64,000 bases of DNA, taken from NCBI GenBank assembly GCA_043803225.1, contig JAZDKF010000027.1, positions 22,406 to 86,405 of the forward strand, given 5' to 3'. A program made the position numbers and the translations under genes. Of this stretch, positions 26,088 through 35,893 are shown in pieces (position 1 is the first letter of the stretch; each line of letters opens with the position of its first letter). Under the pieces are notes generated by a model. The model was not told the DNA's origin and ran no database searches. It was given only the letters and a program-made list of their open reading frames with translations. This stretch comes from Candidatus Beckwithbacteria bacterium (GTDB taxonomy: Bacteria; Patescibacteriota; Microgenomatia; UBA1400; CG1-02-47-37).

Positions 26088-26621
26088 ATGAATAAAAATA
26101 AAATAGCTTTAGGGTTATTAGTCGCCGCCGCAGTGATGGGAATAATTATCGGAGTCAGCCGGAGTAAAAAACCAGAGGAAGCAGTGAATCCGGAAATTAC
26201 TTTAGAGTCAAATAAGATGATGGATAGTGATGCGGGGTTAGTGCCGGCGATGAGCGAGGCAGAAAAACGGCAGATCGAAGACACTTTTGCTAAGGATGGA
26301 GCCGAGATGACGATGTTAAAAGATGTGGCTGGTGGTCAGGCGGTCGGAACAGCTTGGAGAAATTTTGATGGGAACAGTTTTGCCCACAAAGTGGAAGTGA
26401 ATAATCTGCCGGCATTAGAGAAGGGATATTTTTTTGAAGGCTGGTTGGTAGGAGCAGAAGGGTTTTTTTCAACCGGCAGGATGGCGGCAATCGATGGTCA
26501 GGGAAAACTGTATTATAAAGCTGGAGAAGACAAGAGCGCGTTTAAGGGTGTAGTGATTACTTTAGAGCCTGAAGATGGGATTGAGGCTCCTGATAAACAT
26601 ATTGTTGAAGGAAGTTTTTGA
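26088..26621 (+). CDS. Secreted or membrane-anchored hypothetical protein.
   Basis: N-terminal signal anchor 'IALGLLVAAAVMGIIIGV'. No known motif recognised. Confidence 0.3.
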   Translation: MNKNKIALGLLVAAAVMGIIIGVSRSKKPEEAVNPEITLESNKMMDSDAGLVPAMSEAEKRQIEDTFAKDGAEMTMLKDVAGGQAVGTAWRNFDGNSFAHKVEVNNLPALEKGYFFEGWLVGAEGFFSTGRMAAIDGQGKLYYKAGEDKSAFKGVVITLEPEDGIEAPDKHIVEGSF

Positions 26622-27226
26622 TGCTGAAAAACATTGCTTTTTTTGGCTACTCGGATTTTAAGAAAACAGATGATGAATATGTGGAGGCGTTTGAGACAGC
26701 CAAGTTGCTGGCTCAAAAAGGCTATACGATAGTGAATGGCGGCGGGGCAGGAATAATGAATGCGTCAACTCAGGGAGCCGAGGCGGTCGGAGGGGAGACG
26801 ATCGCAATTACGTTTTCGCCTTCAGATGCGCCGGGATTTGAGGGCAGGTATCTTGCCAATCGGGTGGACAAAGAGATTAAAACCAAGAACTATATTGAAA
26901 GAATGTTTAAGTTAATGGAACATGCTGACGCTTATATTATTTTCAGGGGCGGAACCGGAACCGTGTCTGAGTTTAGTACGGCCTGGGCTTTGGCAAAACT
27001 ATACTATCCGCATCATAAGCCGTTTATTCTCTATGGCCGGTTTTGGCATAAAATTGTTCAGACAATTCAAGAGAAGATGATGATTAGAAAAGAAACCATG
27101 AAGGTGTTTAAAATAGTCGAAACCAAAGAAGAAATATTGGATGCCCTGGTTGACTTAGACCGGGAAATGGCCGAATATGATCATAGCCATTGTGCAATTT
27201 GCCAGGATAAGGCTTTCATGACATGA
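26618..27226 (+). CDS. LOG family (TIGR00730; cytokinin riboside 5'-monophosphate phosphoribohydrolase-like).
   Basis: 'VNGGGAGIMNA' and 'IIFRGGTGTVSEF' (PGGxGTxxE) motifs. Confidence 0.7.
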   Translation: MMLKNIAFFGYSDFKKTDDEYVEAFETAKLLAQKGYTIVNGGGAGIMNASTQGAEAVGGETIAITFSPSDAPGFEGRYLANRVDKEIKTKNYIERMFKLMEHADAYIIFRGGTGTVSEFSTAWALAKLYYPHHKPFILYGRFWHKIVQTIQEKMMIRKETMKVFKIVETKEEILDALVDLDREMAEYDHSHCAICQDKAFMT

Positions 27227-27669
27227 TTTATTTAGGGAGCGACCATGGGGGGTTTGAATTAAAAGAAAAAATTAAGGTATGGCTTAATACTCAAAATATT
27301 GAGTTTGAGGATTTGGGCAATACTATTTATGATCCGGTGGATGATTTTGTTGATTTTGGCGTGAAGGTGGCGGAGAAAGTGAAGGGGAGTCAAGATAAGG
27401 GAGTGTTGTTTTGCCGGGCTGGAGGAATGGCTTTGGTAGCTAATAAATTTAAAGGAGTTCATGCGGTTGAAGTTTGGAGCCTGGAAACTGCCAGACACGC
27501 AAAGGAACATCGTGATGCTAACATATTAGGAATTCCGGCAGATTATGTGGATGAAAAATTAGTGAAAGAGATGATTAAAATTTGGTTAGAGAGTAGTTTG
27601 CTAACCGAGGAGAAATATCAAAGAAGAATTGATAAAATAAAAGCTATTGAAGAAAGGAATTTTTTATGA
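27223..27669 (+). CDS. rpiB: Ribose-5-phosphate isomerase B (RpiB/LacAB family).
   Basis: 'MIYLGSDHGGFELKEKI' N-terminal motif and 'RAGGMALVANK'. 148 aa. Confidence 0.75.
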   Translation: MIYLGSDHGGFELKEKIKVWLNTQNIEFEDLGNTIYDPVDDFVDFGVKVAEKVKGSQDKGVLFCRAGGMALVANKFKGVHAVEVWSLETARHAKEHRDANILGIPADYVDEKLVKEMIKIWLESSLLTEEKYQRRIDKIKAIEERNFL

Positions 27670-28664
27670 AGAAAGTGGCGATTAACGGTTTTGGCAGAAT
27701 TGGGAGATTGGCTTTAAGGGCGGCACTGATGAAGCATAAACAGGGTTTAAAAATCGTGGCGATAAATACTTCCGGCAATATGGAGACAGCCGGCTGGGCA
27801 CATTTATTTGAGTATGATTCAACCTATGGCCGGTATCAGGGGAAGGTAGAGGCAAGCGGCCAATATATAATTGTTGACGGAGAGAAGATTTTGGTCCTTT
27901 CAGAGCTAAATCCAAAAAAACTGCCTTGGAAAAAATTGGGAATTGATTTAGTAATTGAGAGCACAGGTATGTTTCGAAAAGCAGAAGAAGTTGATGACCA
28001 TTTGGAGGCCGGAGCCAAACAAGTATTGTTGTCAGCGCCGCCTAAAGGGGGAAAGGTTAATATTTATATCCGCGGGATAAACTGTAAAAATTTAAGGGGC
28101 GATAAAGTATTTTCCAATGCTTCGTGTACAACCAATTGTGCGGTGCCGGTAGCCCAGGTGATTTCGAGTAGTTTTGGAGTGTTAAAGGCAGGAATGACGA
28201 CAATTCATGCTTACACTTCGGACCAAAGGTTATTAGATAATTCGCACAAAGATTTAAGACGAGCCAGAGCGGCGGCGGTAAATATTATCCCGACTTCAAC
28301 CGGAGCGGCTGATGCGGTCGGAGCGGTCCTGCCGGAATTGACAGGAGTTTTTGACGGAATCGCGATCAGAGTGCCGGTGGTAACCGGCTCTTTGACAGAT
28401 TTTACTTTTTTAGTAAAAAGAAAAGTGACGGCTGAAGAAGTTAATCGGGCTTTAACTCAAGCGTCTGAAACCTATTTAAAGGGAATTTTGGAAGTAACCG
28501 ATAAACCAATAGTTTCCAGTGATGTGATTGGCTGTGAAAACTCGGCCTTAGTAGATCTGGAAATGACCAGCGTCATTGACGGCGATTTAGTCAAGATTTT
28601 AGCCTGGTATGACAATGAGTGGGGTTATGTTATTAGGATGATGGAGCTGGCTAGCCAAGCATGA
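27666..28664 (+). CDS. gap: Glyceraldehyde-3-phosphate dehydrogenase (type I).
   Basis: 'INGFGRIGR' NAD-binding motif, 'SNASCTTNC' catalytic Cys region and 'WYDNEWGY' near the C-terminus. Confidence 0.85.
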   Translation: MKKVAINGFGRIGRLALRAALMKHKQGLKIVAINTSGNMETAGWAHLFEYDSTYGRYQGKVEASGQYIIVDGEKILVLSELNPKKLPWKKLGIDLVIESTGMFRKAEEVDDHLEAGAKQVLLSAPPKGGKVNIYIRGINCKNLRGDKVFSNASCTTNCAVPVAQVISSSFGVLKAGMTTIHAYTSDQRLLDNSHKDLRRARAAAVNIIPTSTGAADAVGAVLPELTGVFDGIAIRVPVVTGSLTDFTFLVKRKVTAEEVNRALTQASETYLKGILEVTDKPIVSSDVIGCENSALVDLEMTSVIDGDLVKILAWYDNEWGYVIRMMELASQA

Positions 28665-29305
28665 TTGTAATTACCCCGACAATTTTTGTGAGAAACTCTC
28701 AAGTTTTAGAGGAAAGATTAGAGTTGTATGAGGAGATGGTAGAGAGAGTTCAATTGGATGTGGCGGATGAAGAGTTTACTTTAAAACCAACATTGGGGGT
28801 GGAAAAATTGTTAAAAGCTCCGACAACTTTGGAAAGGGATATTCATTTAATGACGGTGGAGCCGATTGATTGGCTAGATTACTGTCAGGAGGAGGGAGTC
28901 AGGACAGCGATTGGCCACATTGAATATATGGGCAGCCAGAAAGAGTTTGTAGAAGAAGCGATAAGATTGGGTTTAAAGGCAGGCTTAGCGGTGGATTTAG
29001 AAACTGATTTTAAAGAGCTGGATTGGCCGATAGCCAAGACCGCAGACATGATATTAATTATGGCAGTTAGAGCCGGGAAAGAAGGCCAGCAGTTTAATGG
29101 GGAAAGTTTAAGGCGGGTAAAAGAGTTAAGGAGATTAGGCTTTAAAAAAGAGATTTGCATCGATGGCGGAGTGAATGAGGCGACGATCGCTAAGTGTGTT
29201 AAAGCCGGAGCTGATGTGTTAGCGGTCGGCAGCTGTTTATGGCAGGCGGAAGAAGTGGAAAAACAGTGGCAGAGATTAACTCGGCTGGCAGAGGGGGCGT
29301 TATGA
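28661..29305 (+). CDS. Ribulose-phosphate 3-epimerase-like TIM-barrel protein (divergent).
   Basis: C-terminal 'ICIDGGVNEATIAKCVKAGADVLAVGS' matches RPE 'vDGGvn...aGAd..VaGSa'. The N-terminal metal-binding His/Asp positions look substituted ('QLDVADEEF'). Confidence 0.45.
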   Translation: MIVITPTIFVRNSQVLEERLELYEEMVERVQLDVADEEFTLKPTLGVEKLLKAPTTLERDIHLMTVEPIDWLDYCQEEGVRTAIGHIEYMGSQKEFVEEAIRLGLKAGLAVDLETDFKELDWPIAKTADMILIMAVRAGKEGQQFNGESLRRVKELRRLGFKKEICIDGGVNEATIAKCVKAGADVLAVGSCLWQAEEVEKQWQRLTRLAEGAL

Positions 29306-30258
29306 AATTTGAGGTGGTGACATTCGGCAGCAGCTTTGTGGATGTTTATTTGTCAAGTAAAGAATTTAAAATGGTCAGAACCGGCAGCAGCCCAACCGGG
29401 GTGGCAATGTGCGAGGTTTACGGAGGTAAGATCGGAGTGGATAAATTGGTAATCACTACCGGCGGCGGAGCAACCAACACTGCCGTAGGTTTTGAGCGGC
29501 TGGGAATGCAGACCGGCTGCGTGACTTGCGTCGGTAAAGATCATTGGGGTTTATTTATAAGGCAAGAGTTAAGGAAAGAAGGGGTAAGTCCGCTTTACAT
29601 TCAGCAGGTTAACGAGCCGACCAGCTATTCAACGATTTTAGTAGGAGAAGACGGCGGCCGGTCGGCTTTAATTTACCGCGGGGCCAGCAGCAAATTATCC
29701 TGGCACAAGGTTGATTGGGAAAAGCTTGAAGCTGATTGGTATTACATTTCATCTTTAGGCGGCGATTTAAATTTATTAACTAAAATAGTAAGAACGGCTA
29801 AGGAAAAAAAGATTAAGGTGGCGTTTAATCCCGGCACAAGCGAAATTTCCGCGCAGGAAAAATTAAAAGCATTTTTACCAGAAGTGGAAGTGTTAATTGT
29901 CAATCGCCAGGAAGCGGCTAGGATCACGAAGCACGAATTTAAGAACAAAGAAGAGATTCTGACGGATTTAAGAAAGTTGGGACCAAGGCTGGTGACAGTA
30001 ACTGAGGGGAGAAAAGGGGCAACTTTAATGGAAGGCAGAAAAATTATCAGTTTGCCGGCGATTAAGAGGGAAGTAGTAGAAGAAACCGGAGCCGGCGATG
30101 CTTTTGGCTGTGGTTTGGTGGCCGGATTAATTCGTTACTCGAGTTTGGAAAAGGCTTTGAAACTGGGACTTTGCAACGGCGCATCAGTGGTAGAGCACTT
30201 TGGACCGAAACAAGGTTTGCTGTTCAGTCCGGAGGTAGAAATATGGATGAAGATTTAA
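29302..30258 (+). CDS. PfkB-family sugar kinase.
   Basis: 'GGGATNTAVG' and C-terminal 'TGAGDAFGCGLVAGL' signatures. Start set at 'MKFEVVTFG'. Confidence 0.6.
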   Translation: MKFEVVTFGSSFVDVYLSSKEFKMVRTGSSPTGVAMCEVYGGKIGVDKLVITTGGGATNTAVGFERLGMQTGCVTCVGKDHWGLFIRQELRKEGVSPLYIQQVNEPTSYSTILVGEDGGRSALIYRGASSKLSWHKVDWEKLEADWYYISSLGGDLNLLTKIVRTAKEKKIKVAFNPGTSEISAQEKLKAFLPEVEVLIVNRQEAARITKHEFKNKEEILTDLRKLGPRLVTVTEGRKGATLMEGRKIISLPAIKREVVEETGAGDAFGCGLVAGLIRYSSLEKALKLGLCNGASVVEHFGPKQGLLFSPEVEIWMKI

Positions 30259-31292
30259 GAAGCAGGGATTTTGTTAATCAAGGCGACGAGTCAGAGCAAG
30301 TTAAAAAAAAACGAATACGCAAGACGATCGGTGAAGAAGGCAACCGGAAGCAGACCTTGATTGGTTTACTAGTAACAGTTGGACTGGGACTGGCTTTTTA
30401 TTTACCGCCACAGATTAAACAGTGGTGGCAGGGAATGGATTTAAATATTAATTTGGGCAAAGAAAGTGAAGTCATCAGGATTGAAAAACCAGTAGGCGAT
30501 AAAAAGAATGTTTCGGAAGTGGTGGGGTTTAAAGTGGAGATTAAACAGAAAGAGGATGCCGAGACGGTGGTGAAACAGATGCTGGGAGATTTGGCGGGCA
30601 GTTATGGACTGTATGTAGAAAAGTTGGCTGGGGGAGAGAAGTTTGGGATTAATGAGGGAGAAGTGTTTACGGCAGCATCAGTGATTAAGCTGCCGATTTT
30701 AGTTGTTTACTATCAGGCAGTCGATAAAAATCAGCTTGACCCTAAAACAAAATATGTTTTAGCCGAGGAAGATAGATTGGTTTATGGCACCGGCAGCATG
30801 CAGAATCAGCCGAACGGAACTAAGTTTAGTTATCAGCGGATTGCTTTACTAGCGGCCAATGAAAGCGATAATATGGCAGCTGAGCTGTTAATTAAGTTTT
30901 TAGGCGGAGAAACCAAAGTGCAGGCGAAGTTAACCGCCTTGGGTTTAAAAGACACTAAGATTAAAGAAAATAAAACCACCCCGAAAGAAATAGCTGATTT
31001 ATTGAAGCGAATTTATCAAGGTGGGTTGTTAAGCCAGAACAGCAGGGAAGAATTAATGGATAATTTAACCAAGACAATCTTAGAAGATAGAATTACTGCC
31101 GGAGTGCCCAGTAATATCAAAGTGATTCATAAGTTTGGCAGCGAAGGCGGGGTAGTGAACGACTGCGGAATAGTTGAGGCTAAAAATCCTTATACAATCT
31201 GCGTATTATCAACAGGAGTCAACGACGGCGAGGCGATGGAGTTATTGCCTAAGATCAGCCGGGTGATTTGGGAGTGGGGTAGTAGAGACTAG
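30243..31292 (+). CDS. Class A beta-lactamase-like serine hydrolase (PBP/beta-lactamase fold), membrane-anchored.
   Basis: N-terminal TM, then 'FTAASVIKLPIL' (SxxK), 'ANESDNMAAELL' (SDN) and 'HKFGSEGG' (KTG-like K[TS]G). Confidence 0.55.
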   Translation: MDEDLRSRDFVNQGDESEQVKKKRIRKTIGEEGNRKQTLIGLLVTVGLGLAFYLPPQIKQWWQGMDLNINLGKESEVIRIEKPVGDKKNVSEVVGFKVEIKQKEDAETVVKQMLGDLAGSYGLYVEKLAGGEKFGINEGEVFTAASVIKLPILVVYYQAVDKNQLDPKTKYVLAEEDRLVYGTGSMQNQPNGTKFSYQRIALLAANESDNMAAELLIKFLGGETKVQAKLTALGLKDTKIKENKTTPKEIADLLKRIYQGGLLSQNSREELMDNLTKTILEDRITAGVPSNIKVIHKFGSEGGVVNDCGIVEAKNPYTICVLSTGVNDGEAMELLPKISRVIWEWGSRD

Positions 31293-33649
31293 TTTGTGGT
31301 GGCGCCGGTAAGGATTTTATCGCGCTCTTCCTGGTCTTTTTTAGCTTTTTCTTCCTGAATGGCCTTAATTTGTTCAGCTGAGCAGGCTTGTTTCGGCTCA
31401 GTGCCGGGAATAAAGTATTCAAGCTTAGAGGGGCAGCCTTCGCAGCTGAGTTGACCGGTAATTGAGCAGATGTTGACTTTAATTAAGTCAGTTGGAGGAG
31501 TAAAGACATGGGGAGGCTGGTCATTAAGTAAAAGAGTCATGATTTTATTCCAGATAGGCGAGGCGCCGGTGATACCGGAAGCAACTTGGGACATCGGAGT
31601 ATTATCATTATTGCCAACCCAGACAATGGTGAGAAAATCAGTGGTATAGCCAATAGTCCAGTTGTCCCGCTTATCATTAGTAGTGCCGGTTTTAACCGCA
31701 ACTTGATGGTTTAAGACATTAAGATAGCTGCGGCTGCCGAACGCGGGAATGCGGGCGATCGGATCAGCCAAAATATCGGTTAAGATAAAGCTGGTAGCAG
31801 GGAGGAGAATGGTTTCCGGGTTGCAGTAAAGATGTTTTTGGGCGGCAAAGGCATCAGGTTGGAGATCAGCTTGACGGTCAGGAAGATTGATGGCAGGGAA
31901 GTCGTCGCAGTTAAAGTCCAATAGGACTTTGTTTTTAGCATCAGTGACTTTAAGAATCGGGTGGAGATTAACCCGTTTTCCCTGATTGCTTAGGGTAGCG
32001 TAGACTACGGCCATATCGGTCATGGTGACTTCAGCGCCACCCAGAGTCAGAGACAGGCCGTAGCGTTCCGGCTGATTCCAGGTAGAGATGCCCATTTTTT
32101 TACCTTGTTCGATCATTTTTTCGACGCCATAGCTGGCTAATACTTTAACCGCCGGAACATTGTAAGAATTAGCCAGAGCGTTTCTTAAGGTAACCGGGCC
32201 ATTAAAGTTGCCGCTGTAGTTGACCGGAGAGTAAGGTTTGGAACCGGGAATATCGTAAGTAACCGGACTGTCTTGGATAATTGAGACGGCAGTAAAACCA
32301 TGTTCTAAGGCGTAGGCATAGTTAACCGGTTTAATGGAAGAACCGGGTTGGCGGAGAGCCGTAGTTAGATTAACCTGGCCGTCCCGGTCGACGTCAAAGT
32401 AGTCCCGGGAGCCGACCATGGCCAGGATTTCGCCGGTTTTGGGATTAGTGATCAGGGCGGCACCATTAGTAATATGTAAGGGAAAAAGTTGGTTGATTTC
32501 TTGGGTAACAATAGTCTGAACCTGTTCTTGTAGATTAAGATCAAGCGAAGTGATTACGGTCAGGCCGCCTTGCTCAACCGTAGTTTCGCCAAATTCCTGA
32601 GCGAGCAGGTCTTTAATATACATAACAAAGTGAGGGGCGCGGATGTTTTGATATTGGGGGGCGAGGCGAATTTTTTGTTGTTTAGCCAGTTCGGCTTCCT
32701 GCGGAGCAATAAATTTTTCTTCAACCATCCGGTTTAAAACTTGGTGTTGGCGGTAAATAGAAAGATAGGGATTGGGTCCGAAAGGGGAGTAAGTGGTCGG
32801 CGAAGCTGGTAAACCGGCAAGCAGAGAGGCTTCGGCCAAGCTAATGTTTTTAATAGATTTGCCAAAGTAGGTTTGGGCTGCCTGCTCAGCACCATAAGCG
32901 GTGCCGCCGTAGGAGACCTGGTTAAAATACATTTCCAGAATTTCGTCTTTAGAAAAAAGCAGTTCAGTTTCTATGGTTAAAATTAGTTCTTTGAGTTTGC
33001 GAATTAGGGTCCGTTCAGGGGTAAGCAGGGCATTTTTAACCAATTGTTGGGTAATGGTAGAACCGCCTTGGAGTTGTTGGTTAAAAATAATTTGATTTAA
33101 GGAGCGAAGAATACCGGACCAGGAAATACCTTGGTGATGATAAAAACGGCTGTCTTCGATAGCCAGGGTCGCTTGGATAAAGTGCTGAGGCAGTTGGTTT
33201 AAGCTGATTAAGGATCGGTTTTGATCTTTGTAAAAAGTAAACAGGAGATTTTCATAACGGTCATAGATTTTAGTGGAGAGGCTGGGCGGACGATTGATCA
33301 GATCAGTAGGGCTGGGAAGGTCTTTTACGATAAAGAAGTAGAAAAAGCCGGAGAAAATTAAAATCGACGAACCAATTAGGACAGTTCGTTTAGAGAAAGA
33401 CAAACGGGGCAGTTGAAAGCGGGGTAGTTTAATGCCCGGAAGTTTTAATTGCCTAGTTTTAACTTTAGGCAGTTTGAGTTTGATTTCCAGAGAGGTAAGA
33501 AAACGATAGGCAGAGCGAAAGTTTTTGATAAATACCACAAGGCTGTTGAAAAACAGCTTGATTGCAAAAAAGATTGATTGGTAAGTGGTCCGACCGATAG
33601 TTTCCAGAATCAGGCCAGGCCAGCGCCAGAATTTGACCATGGGGGGCAT
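31289..33649 (-). CDS. Class A penicillin-binding protein (PBP1A-type: GT51 transglycosylase plus transpeptidase).
   Basis: GT51 'AIEDSRFYHHQG' and 'GGSTITQQLVKN'. Transpeptidase 'PGSSIKP' (SxxK), 'NSYNVP' (SxN) and 'KTGTT' (KTG). N-terminal TM. Confidence 0.8.
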   Translation of the reverse strand: MPPMVKFWRWPGLILETIGRTTYQSIFFAIKLFFNSLVVFIKNFRSAYRFLTSLEIKLKLPKVKTRQLKLPGIKLPRFQLPRLSFSKRTVLIGSSILIFSGFFYFFIVKDLPSPTDLINRPPSLSTKIYDRYENLLFTFYKDQNRSLISLNQLPQHFIQATLAIEDSRFYHHQGISWSGILRSLNQIIFNQQLQGGSTITQQLVKNALLTPERTLIRKLKELILTIETELLFSKDEILEMYFNQVSYGGTAYGAEQAAQTYFGKSIKNISLAEASLLAGLPASPTTYSPFGPNPYLSIYRQHQVLNRMVEEKFIAPQEAELAKQQKIRLAPQYQNIRAPHFVMYIKDLLAQEFGETTVEQGGLTVITSLDLNLQEQVQTIVTQEINQLFPLHITNGAALITNPKTGEILAMVGSRDYFDVDRDGQVNLTTALRQPGSSIKPVNYAYALEHGFTAVSIIQDSPVTYDIPGSKPYSPVNYSGNFNGPVTLRNALANSYNVPAVKVLASYGVEKMIEQGKKMGISTWNQPERYGLSLTLGGAEVTMTDMAVVYATLSNQGKRVNLHPILKVTDAKNKVLLDFNCDDFPAINLPDRQADLQPDAFAAQKHLYCNPETILLPATSFILTDILADPIARIPAFGSRSYLNVLNHQVAVKTGTTNDKRDNWTIGYTTDFLTIVWVGNNDNTPMSQVASGITGASPIWNKIMTLLLNDQPPHVFTPPTDLIKVNICSITGQLSCEGCPSKLEYFIPGTEPKQACSAEQIKAIQEEKAKKDQEERDKILTGATTN

Positions 33650-33680
33650 TATAACCTATAATGTCAGAAAAAGGGAGAGG

Positions 33681-35855
33681 TTATTTTAGATTAATAGTGT
33701 AGGCAGGTTCGGTGATTTTGCCTTTATCGTCGATGGGTTTGGGACAGTCGAGACAGTAATCGGTTTGCACCGGATCGGAAAGCAGAAGATGATCCTGCAT
33801 TTCTAAGTTTTCCGTGACCCCGGGAAGAGGCGGATGGTTGGTGGTTTTATCAATCCAGACGCCTTTTTTTAACTGAGGTTCAATTCCCGGCTCTTGGCCT
33901 TTAATAAAGTATTCAAAGCGAGTTTCGCAAGGGGAGTCGGGGTTAGGGCGGTAACCAGTCAAAGAGCAAACAGATAGACCGACAACAGTTTCCGGTTTGG
34001 CCGGCCATTCGTCCGGCTGATCAGCCAGCAGATAGGTCATCAGGTCGTGCCAGATAGGGGCGGCGCCGGAGACACCGGAAACCAACCAGGGAGACATCGG
34101 CGTATTATCGTTGTTGCCAGTCCAGACAGCGATTAAAAATGAGGGAGTATAGCCGATAGTCCAGTTGTCCCGAAGATCGTCAGTGGTGCCAGTTTTAACT
34201 GAGACAGCATGGTTTCTAATGACTAGTTCTGAGTTAGAACCAAAAGCTTGAGACCGAGCATTGTTGTCTAAAAGTATATGAGAGATAAGGTAGGCAATTT
34301 CCGGAGAAATAGCTTTAGTACCGCTGGGCAGTTGGTTTTCCAGATCAATTTGTTCCAAGACTTCGCCAGTGTAGGTCTCGACTTTTAGGATCGGAGTCAA
34401 GTCGACTTTTAAACCGGCATTGGCAAAGACGCCAAAAGCTACGGCCATGTCAACCATTTTAACTTCACCGCCGCCAAGGGTTAAAGACAGGCCGTAGCGG
34501 GACGGGTCGGTAAAGGTGGTAATGCCCATAGCTGAAGCAGTGGCAATCATTGATTCAACTGAGTTGGCGGCGAGCATTTTCACTGCGGGAATGTTAAAAG
34601 AGTTGCCGAGAGCAAAACGCATTTGGACCGGGCCGTGGAAAGTAGCGTCATAGTTTTTGGGACAGTAGCTTCTTTGGCCGGGCACATTAAAACAAACCGG
34701 AACATCCAAAAACATAGTCGATGGGGTAAAGCCTTTGGCTAAACCGACAGCGTAGTTAATCGGTTTGATAGATGAACCAGGCTGGCGCAGGCGGGTAGTA
34801 ACGTTAACATTACCGTCGATAGATTCATCGAAGTAATCTTTGGAGCCGACCATGGCCAGAATTTCTCCGGTTCTGGGTTTGGTAATCAAAGCGGCGGCGT
34901 TGGTGACATTGGCTTTGGCTAACTTAGCGGTTTCGGTGGCAATAGCCGCTTCGGCAAACTGCTGGAGGTTTAAATCCAGGGAAGTGGTAACCCTAAGGCC
35001 GCCTTTTTCAACTAAGGGCAGGCCGTATTTATCGACTAAGATTTCTTTAATATAAAGAGAAAAATGGGGGGCAAGGATCGATTGAGTCGGGGGCTTAAGC
35101 TCAAGCGGTTGGTTTATAGCTGAGTCAAATTCTTCCCTAGAAATGTATTTATCTTCCAACATCCGACTTAAGACTTGCTGCTGGCGGCTTTTAGCCAGAT
35201 CCGGGTTAGCGCCAAAAGGGGAGTAGCGCGTGGGGGCTTGGGGCAGTCCGGCCAGCAGGGCGGCTTCAGCCAAAGTCAGCGCTTGGGCGCTTTTGCCAAA
35301 GTAGGTTTGAGCGGCCTGTTCAATGCCATAACTGGTGCCGCCGTAAGGGATGTGGTTTAAGTACATTTCCAGGATTTCTGTTTTGGAGTAGCGGACTTCG
35401 GTGGCAAAGGAAAGAATGGCTTCTCTTATTTTTCGCTTAATGGTCCGTTCCGGGGTAAGCAGGGTGGTTTTGACCAGTTGCTGGGTAATGGTGGAGCCGC
35501 CCTGGAGTTTTTGTTTAAAGATGGTGTTTAAAAAAGCCCGGGTGATGCCTTCCCAGGCAAAACCATGATGTTTATAAAAGTTTTTGTCTTCAATGGCGAT
35601 GGTGGCTTGTTTAATATAGTCGGGAAGGTCGGTTAACTTGATTGGAGTGCGGTTTTGGTCAGCGTAGATTTCATAAAGCAACTGGCCGTGGCGATCCAGG
35701 ATTTTGGTGGAAACGGGAAAAGCATCAGAATTGAGTTTTCCCGGAGAAGGCAAGTCATTGAAAATAATGATTAAGCCGACGAGAAAGATTAAAGCAGCGC
35801 CGATGATAAAGACCGCCTGGCGGGGGTGAGTTTTAAAAAAGGGTTTTTTGACCAT
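33681..35855 (-). CDS. Second class A penicillin-binding protein paralog (PBP1A-type).
   Basis: 'AIEDKNFYKHHG', 'GGSTITQQLVK', 'PGSSIKP', 'NSFNIP', 'KTGTT'. N-terminal TM. Confidence 0.8.
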   Translation of the reverse strand: MVKKPFFKTHPRQAVFIIGAALIFLVGLIIIFNDLPSPGKLNSDAFPVSTKILDRHGQLLYEIYADQNRTPIKLTDLPDYIKQATIAIEDKNFYKHHGFAWEGITRAFLNTIFKQKLQGGSTITQQLVKTTLLTPERTIKRKIREAILSFATEVRYSKTEILEMYLNHIPYGGTSYGIEQAAQTYFGKSAQALTLAEAALLAGLPQAPTRYSPFGANPDLAKSRQQQVLSRMLEDKYISREEFDSAINQPLELKPPTQSILAPHFSLYIKEILVDKYGLPLVEKGGLRVTTSLDLNLQQFAEAAIATETAKLAKANVTNAAALITKPRTGEILAMVGSKDYFDESIDGNVNVTTRLRQPGSSIKPINYAVGLAKGFTPSTMFLDVPVCFNVPGQRSYCPKNYDATFHGPVQMRFALGNSFNIPAVKMLAANSVESMIATASAMGITTFTDPSRYGLSLTLGGGEVKMVDMAVAFGVFANAGLKVDLTPILKVETYTGEVLEQIDLENQLPSGTKAISPEIAYLISHILLDNNARSQAFGSNSELVIRNHAVSVKTGTTDDLRDNWTIGYTPSFLIAVWTGNNDNTPMSPWLVSGVSGAAPIWHDLMTYLLADQPDEWPAKPETVVGLSVCSLTGYRPNPDSPCETRFEYFIKGQEPGIEPQLKKGVWIDKTTNHPPLPGVTENLEMQDHLLLSDPVQTDYCLDCPKPIDDKGKITEPAYTINLK

Positions 35856-35893
35856 GGCATAATTGTAACAAATATGTAAAAATAGCGGTTAAG

